NCBI GenBank assembly: GCA_964620795.1
Contig: CAZUHX010000003.1
Location: 1-38,856, forward strand
Direction of reading: 5' to 3'
Source: an uncultured Chitinophagaceae bacterium
GTDB taxonomy: Bacteria; Bacteroidota; Bacteroidia; Chitinophagales; LD1
DNA length: 38,856 nucleotides
The position numbers were made by a program, and so were the translations under genes. Numbering within the stretch: position 1 is the stretch's first letter; each line of letters begins with the position of its first letter. Below, piece by piece: positions 34,816 through 38,856 of the stretch. Under the pieces are notes generated by a model. The model was not told the DNA's origin, did no database searches, and saw nothing but the letters and a program-made list of their open reading frames with translations.

Positions 34816-37200
34816 TTAATAGTAAACCACAAAGCCCAAAGTCGGAATGGGCTGCCCGCTCCGGTTCTGCAAAAATTTGGTTTGATATCTGCTCGGATCA
34901 TTGGGATCAATCTGCGGCACATTGGCATCGTTGGTTACCACGGTGAGGTCCGGTGCCGAAGTGGATTTGAATGCATATACATTCTGAATATCTAAATACA
35001 ATTCAAAACTCCACTTTTTGAAATACCATCTCTTGGTCACGCGGATGTCAAGCAGATGAAACCAGGGAAGCCGCTCTGCATTTAGCCTGCGGTAGTCAAG
35101 TATCGGACCTACACTGTTCCATACAGGAATGAGTGAAGAGGTCTGCACATCAATGGGCGTAAAGGGTTGTCCGCCGCTGATCCGCCAGCGGGCTCCAATT
35201 TCCCAGTTGCGCTTAAAACGCTTGCCTCCCGTGAGTGATATCACATGGCGGGAATCCCATGAGGAGGGCTTGTAGGTGTCGGTCTTGTCCTGAAACTCGC
35301 TCCAGAACAAAGTGTAGGCCACAATTCCATACCAGCCTTTGAACAGTTTCTGTTCATACAACAATTCCAAACCGTAGGTGCGGCCCTTTCCGCGCGAACT
35401 CAATTCTGTGGCACCAACCACACCGAAGTTGCTTCCCTGATTGAAGAGCGAAATGCTGTCGCGCAAAAGGAAGGGAACATCATAGTATTGTTTGAAAAAT
35501 CCTTCTACCGAAAAGCGGCTATTCCATTTGGTGGTGTACTCTGTGCCCAGCACCACGTGCACATTGCGGAAGTAAGTCAAACGATCCCGGTTAACCAGCG
35601 TTCCGCTGCGATCGCGGAAACCAAGACCCGTGTAGGGCGGAAGCTGATGATAGTATCCGGTATTGAAGTTGATTCTCCAGCGCGGCATCACCATCACCGA
35701 GGCAGAAAACCTCGGAGACATCTGGTACAAGATGTTGGCCATCTTTTTGGAATAGCTGTTGCCATCGGTGCGCAGCCCGGCAGAGAGTGTCACACGGTCA
35801 TCCCAGAAATTTCTGCTGATGGTTGCGAATATTCCATATTTGTGCAGATTGAGCGTAGATTCATACAACTCCAGGCGTGGTGCAGTATCGCCCGGAAGCG
35901 CCAGCGGAAATTCGGATCGGTTGTAATATCTCGCAAATTCATAACTGATTCCGTAATTATATTTCCAGGATTTAATACGTCCGCTCATTTCTACCCTGAG
36001 CTTGTTTTCTGCTTCTGTACTCTTGTAGTCAGAAACTTTGGGTAAATTCTTATCGTTTTCTGTGTATTTGGTAAATCGGTTGCCAAGCATGTTGCGGCTC
36101 GCCACCACTTGCAGATAGCTGTTGTTGAACAAGTGGGTGTACTTTGCTCCAATGGCGTAATTCCACTGACCCTGGTCGGGAAGTACCTTGAGCAAATAGC
36201 GCTGTTCTTCGGTCTCGTTGGCATCCAGGTTGAGCCTGAACTGATCAAGCGCTCCCAGCGAAAGCACAATGAGTTCGTCTTTGGGAGTAATTTTCCATTT
36301 TACCTTGAACTGCGCATCCGAGTAGGTGGGCAGGAAAGGCAGCTTGAGCAGTCTGAAAAGAAACTGCAGATAAGAGTAGCGCACCGATGCAATCACCGTG
36401 GCTGTTTTCTTTTTGTTGAGCGGACTTTCCATTGAAGCCGAAAGCTCTGAGGAGCCGAGTCGGATGGTTCCGCCGAAGCGATCATCGCGGCCATCGCGCA
36501 TGCGTATGTCCATGAGCGAGCTGGTCATGTTGCCGCGGTTGGCCGGGAATGCTCCGGAATAGAAGTTTACTTCACGTATAAAATCAACATTGATCAGTCC
36601 CACCGGACCGCCGCCTGCTCCTTGTGTGGCAAAATGATTAATATTTGGAATTTCTATATCGTCTAAATAAAACCGGTTTTCTGAAGGTCCGCCGCCGCGA
36701 ATCAGAATGTCATTGCGAAACGAAGCGGCAAAACCTACACCCGGAAGCGATTGTATGACCTGAGAGATGTCGCGGTTTCCTCCCGGATAGCGCTGAATTT
36801 CATCTACGCCAATGGTGCGCACCGAAACCGGACTTTCTTCTTTTCTCACAAAGGGATTGGCGGTTACCGTGAGCTCATTCAATTCCTGACTGGAAGGCTG
36901 CAGTTCAATTTCCAGCTCTGTGGGTTTGCTGTTGCTGGCTTCCACTTCAAACAACAATTTGGTCTGAAAGCCCACCGATGAAATCTGCAGATTATATAAG
37001 CCCGGCTTCAGCTTTTCGAGCCGGAACCGACCATTCTCATCAGTCAGTGTACCCGTAGTAGAATCTTTGATGCCAACCGTGGCAAAACCAACGGGCTGCC
37101 GGGTTCCCGATTCCAGAACGGAGCCGCTGATCGATCCCGTCTGGGCCTTAATTTCAGAGAAGCCAGCAATGAGCAAGCATAAAATCACAATAAGTCGCAT
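34816..37200 (-). CDS. TonB-dependent receptor with an N-terminal carboxypeptidase-regulatory-like domain
   Basis: Signal peptide. A CarbopepD_reg-like segment (GSISGSVLESGTRQPVGFATVGI...NGRFRLEKLKPGLYNLQISSVGF), a plug (VRTIGVDEIQRYPGGNRDISQVIQSLPGV) and a long beta-barrel ending in aromatic residues (GFVVYY). Confidence 0.9.
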   Translation of the reverse strand: MRLIVILCLLIAGFSEIKAQTGSISGSVLESGTRQPVGFATVGIKDSTTGTLTDENGRFRLEKLKPGLYNLQISSVGFQTKLLFEVEASNSKPTELEIELQPSSQELNELTVTANPFVRKEESPVSVRTIGVDEIQRYPGGNRDISQVIQSLPGVGFAASFRNDILIRGGGPSENRFYLDDIEIPNINHFATQGAGGGPVGLINVDFIREVNFYSGAFPANRGNMTSSLMDIRMRDGRDDRFGGTIRLGSSELSASMESPLNKKKTATVIASVRYSYLQFLFRLLKLPFLPTYSDAQFKVKWKITPKDELIVLSLGALDQFRLNLDANETEEQRYLLKVLPDQGQWNYAIGAKYTHLFNNSYLQVVASRNMLGNRFTKYTENDKNLPKVSDYKSTEAENKLRVEMSGRIKSWKYNYGISYEFARYYNRSEFPLALPGDTAPRLELYESTLNLHKYGIFATISRNFWDDRVTLSAGLRTDGNSYSKKMANILYQMSPRFSASVMVMPRWRINFNTGYYHQLPPYTGLGFRDRSGTLVNRDRLTYFRNVHVVLGTEYTTKWNSRFSVEGFFKQYYDVPFLLRDSISLFNQGSNFGVVGATELSSRGKGRTYGLELLYEQKLFKGWYGIVAYTLFWSEFQDKTDTYKPSSWDSRHVISLTGGKRFKRNWEIGARWRISGGQPFTPIDVQTSSLIPVWNSVGPILDYRRLNAERLPWFHLLDIRVTKRWYFKKWSFELYLDIQNVYAFKSTSAPDLTVVTNDANVPQIDPNDPSRYQTKFLQNRSGQPIPTLGFVVYY

Positions 37201-37285
37201 ATCAAAAATTTGCAGCTATAACAAAATTTCAGCTGCAAAGTTGTGAAAGGGCGGGGATAAAAGCGCAATTACAGGCGCAGGCAAA

Positions 37286-38653
37286 TTATTTACTCAGGCT
37301 TTTGAGCGCCTCAAAAAAGGCTGGAATGGTCTCAATGCCTTTGTAAAAATTGAAAAGGCCGTAATGCTCATTGGGCGAGTGTATGGAATCGGAATCGAGT
37401 CCGAAGCCCATCAATACGGCACTTGCATTGAGCTCCCGTTCCAGAAGTCCTACGATGGGAATGCTTCCGCCGGTGCGCTGCGGGATCGGCCGCTTTCCGA
37501 AAGTTTTTTCCATGGCCATAGAGGCAGCGCGGAAAGGAATCGAATCCACCGAAGTCACGGCATATTCGCCTCCGTGCAGTGCAGTCACTTTTACCTTTAC
37601 TTCTGCCGGAGCGATGCGCTCAAAATGCTGCTGAAATAGCTGAGAGATGGTTTCCGAATCCTGCTTCGGCACCAAACGCATAGAAATTTTTGCATATGCT
37701 TTAGATGGCAGAACGGTTTTGGCACCCTCGCCCGTGTAGCCGCCCCAGATTCCGTTTACGTCTAATGTGGGACGAATAGAAACCCGCTCGGGAGTAGAAT
37801 ATCCAAGCTCTCCCTTCACCGCCGAAATTCCGAGATCATCCATGTATTCCTGTTCATTGAATGGCGCCCTTCCCATCTCCGCCCGCTCGGCATCACTCAC
37901 CACTTCCACCGAATCATAAAATCCGGGAATCGTAATATGTCCACGCTCATCATGCAGAGAGGCAATCATGCGGCAGAGGGTGTTGATGGGGTTCGCTACC
38001 GCACCGCCGTATACACCCGAATGCAGATCGCGGTTGGGTCCGGTCACTTCTACTTCCATGTAAGCGAGCCCGCGCAATCCCGTGGTGATGGAAGGCACAT
38101 CATTGGCGATAATGGAAGTATCTGAAATGAGCACCACATTACAGCCCAGTAATTCGCGCTGAGATCGCACAAAATCTCCGAGGTTCACCGAGCCTACCTC
38201 TTCTTCACCCTCAATCAGAAACTTGATATTGCAGGGCAACATATTTTGAGAAATCATATATTCAGCTGCCTTTACATGCATATAAACCTGCCCTTTGTCG
38301 TCGGCGGCACCGCGGGCATAAATTTTACCGTCTTTCACCACCGGCTCAAACGGGCCGGAGGTCCACAAATGCAAAGGATCGGGCGGCTGCACATCATAAT
38401 GACCATAAACCAAAACCGTAGGCAGGGCGGGATCCATTATTTTCTCGGCATACACCACGGGAAAACCCGGCGTAGGAAGCAATTGCACGGCATCCAGTCC
38501 GGCTTCACGCAGCCGCGAGGCCAGGTATTCGGCAGCCTCATGCACCTGAGGCACATGCTCCGGACTGGCGGAAATGCTCGGAATGCGAAGCCAGTCGGAC
38601 AGCTCCTGAAGAAAACGGTTCCGGTTTGTGTTGATGTAGGAAAGGATATCCAT
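37286..38653 (-). CDS. M20 family dipeptidase/metallohydrolase
   Basis: VLVYGHYDVQP...GPFEPVVKDGKIYARGAADDKGQ...LIEGEEEVGS...HSPNEH are M20 metal and catalytic motifs. ATG 38653 is preferred over the TTG at 38677. Confidence 0.88.
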   Translation of the reverse strand: MDILSYINTNRNRFLQELSDWLRIPSISASPEHVPQVHEAAEYLASRLREAGLDAVQLLPTPGFPVVYAEKIMDPALPTVLVYGHYDVQPPDPLHLWTSGPFEPVVKDGKIYARGAADDKGQVYMHVKAAEYMISQNMLPCNIKFLIEGEEEVGSVNLGDFVRSQRELLGCNVVLISDTSIIANDVPSITTGLRGLAYMEVEVTGPNRDLHSGVYGGAVANPINTLCRMIASLHDERGHITIPGFYDSVEVVSDAERAEMGRAPFNEQEYMDDLGISAVKGELGYSTPERVSIRPTLDVNGIWGGYTGEGAKTVLPSKAYAKISMRLVPKQDSETISQLFQQHFERIAPAEVKVKVTALHGGEYAVTSVDSIPFRAASMAMEKTFGKRPIPQRTGGSIPIVGLLERELNASAVLMGFGLDSDSIHSPNEHYGLFNFYKGIETIPAFFEALKSLSK

Positions 38654-38694
38654 AAACAGGTCTTGAATGAGCGGCAAAGGTATAAGGTTTCATG

Positions 38695-38856
38695 ATTTGG
38701 GCGGCCATCCGCCGGGGCATCGGGCTGATGCCGGCAAGGCCGGGGGGGGCTGGGTAAAGCAAAAGATTATCAAAGCGAAACAGCGTCTGCCCCGTCGGCT
38801 GCGCGTGTTGCAGCGCTCCGCTTCGCTCCGGCCCTTCGGGCCCGGTCCTGCGGCCC
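38695..38856 (+). repeat. GC-rich hairpin-forming intergenic repeat, copy D (runs off the window edge)
   Basis: Starts ATTTGGGCG (38695-38703), like copy A. Small GC hairpins follow (GGCGG-CCAT-CCGCC, GGCATC-GGGCT-GATGCC). CTTCGCTCCGGCC (38821-38833) is identical to 1921-1933. The copy ends CCTGCGGCCC at the window edge, where copy A continues with ACCCTTACCATCCCTCAC. Confidence 0.65.

Noticed and set aside
1839-38856. The GC-rich repeats near both ends of the window as boundaries of a mobile or genomic island.
   Set aside because: The intervening DNA is core housekeeping (lpxH, tsaB, rng, mutY, ssb, gld genes) with no integrase, transposase, tRNA target or compositional break. Additional copies also lie inside the interval.

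Overview
This 38.9-kb window is a gene-dense chromosomal segment, almost certainly from a Bacteroidota genome. The evidence is gldD/gldE, a PorP/SprF gene next to a type-B-CTD T9SS cargo gene, a TonB-dependent receptor, TAnnTTTG-like promoter boxes, and no Shine-Dalgarno signals. I call 36 protein-coding genes. Two of them are below the 60-aa cutoff of the supplied ORF track and were found by reading the gaps. I see no rRNA, tRNA, CRISPR array, transposase or integrase. Most genes are housekeeping: obg, ridA, rraA, lpxH, an ABC-F ATPase, tsaB, glpD, rng, HU, mutY, ssb, and M28 and M20 peptidases.

The most unusual content is non-coding. Four intergenic sites (about 1839-1973, 24297-24411, 34615-34736 inverted, and 38695 to the window edge) carry a family of strongly GC-rich, hairpin-forming repeats. 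They share sequence modules: a GCAGGGC-centred hairpin, then GCCACCC, then TTWCCATCCCTCAC. No annotated feature type explains them.

Other items worth a second look:
- a hidden SxtK/DUF5989-like plus SxtJ-like membrane-protein pair, translationally coupled and fused into an rlpA operon with no carbamoyltransferase nearby
- a 29-aa ultra-basic bS22-like ORF
- two tandem Cys-less ArsR paralogs, a catalytically dead double rhodanese, and glpD
- a beta-helix lipoprotein followed by a polytopic-membrane patatin
- a deacetylase-like plus FemAB-like GNAT pair with an unresolved start codon

All product calls come from motif recognition by eye; no database search, HMM or RNA folding was run. I did not find an unambiguous new multi-gene system, and the repeat family is my best candidate for something undescribed.
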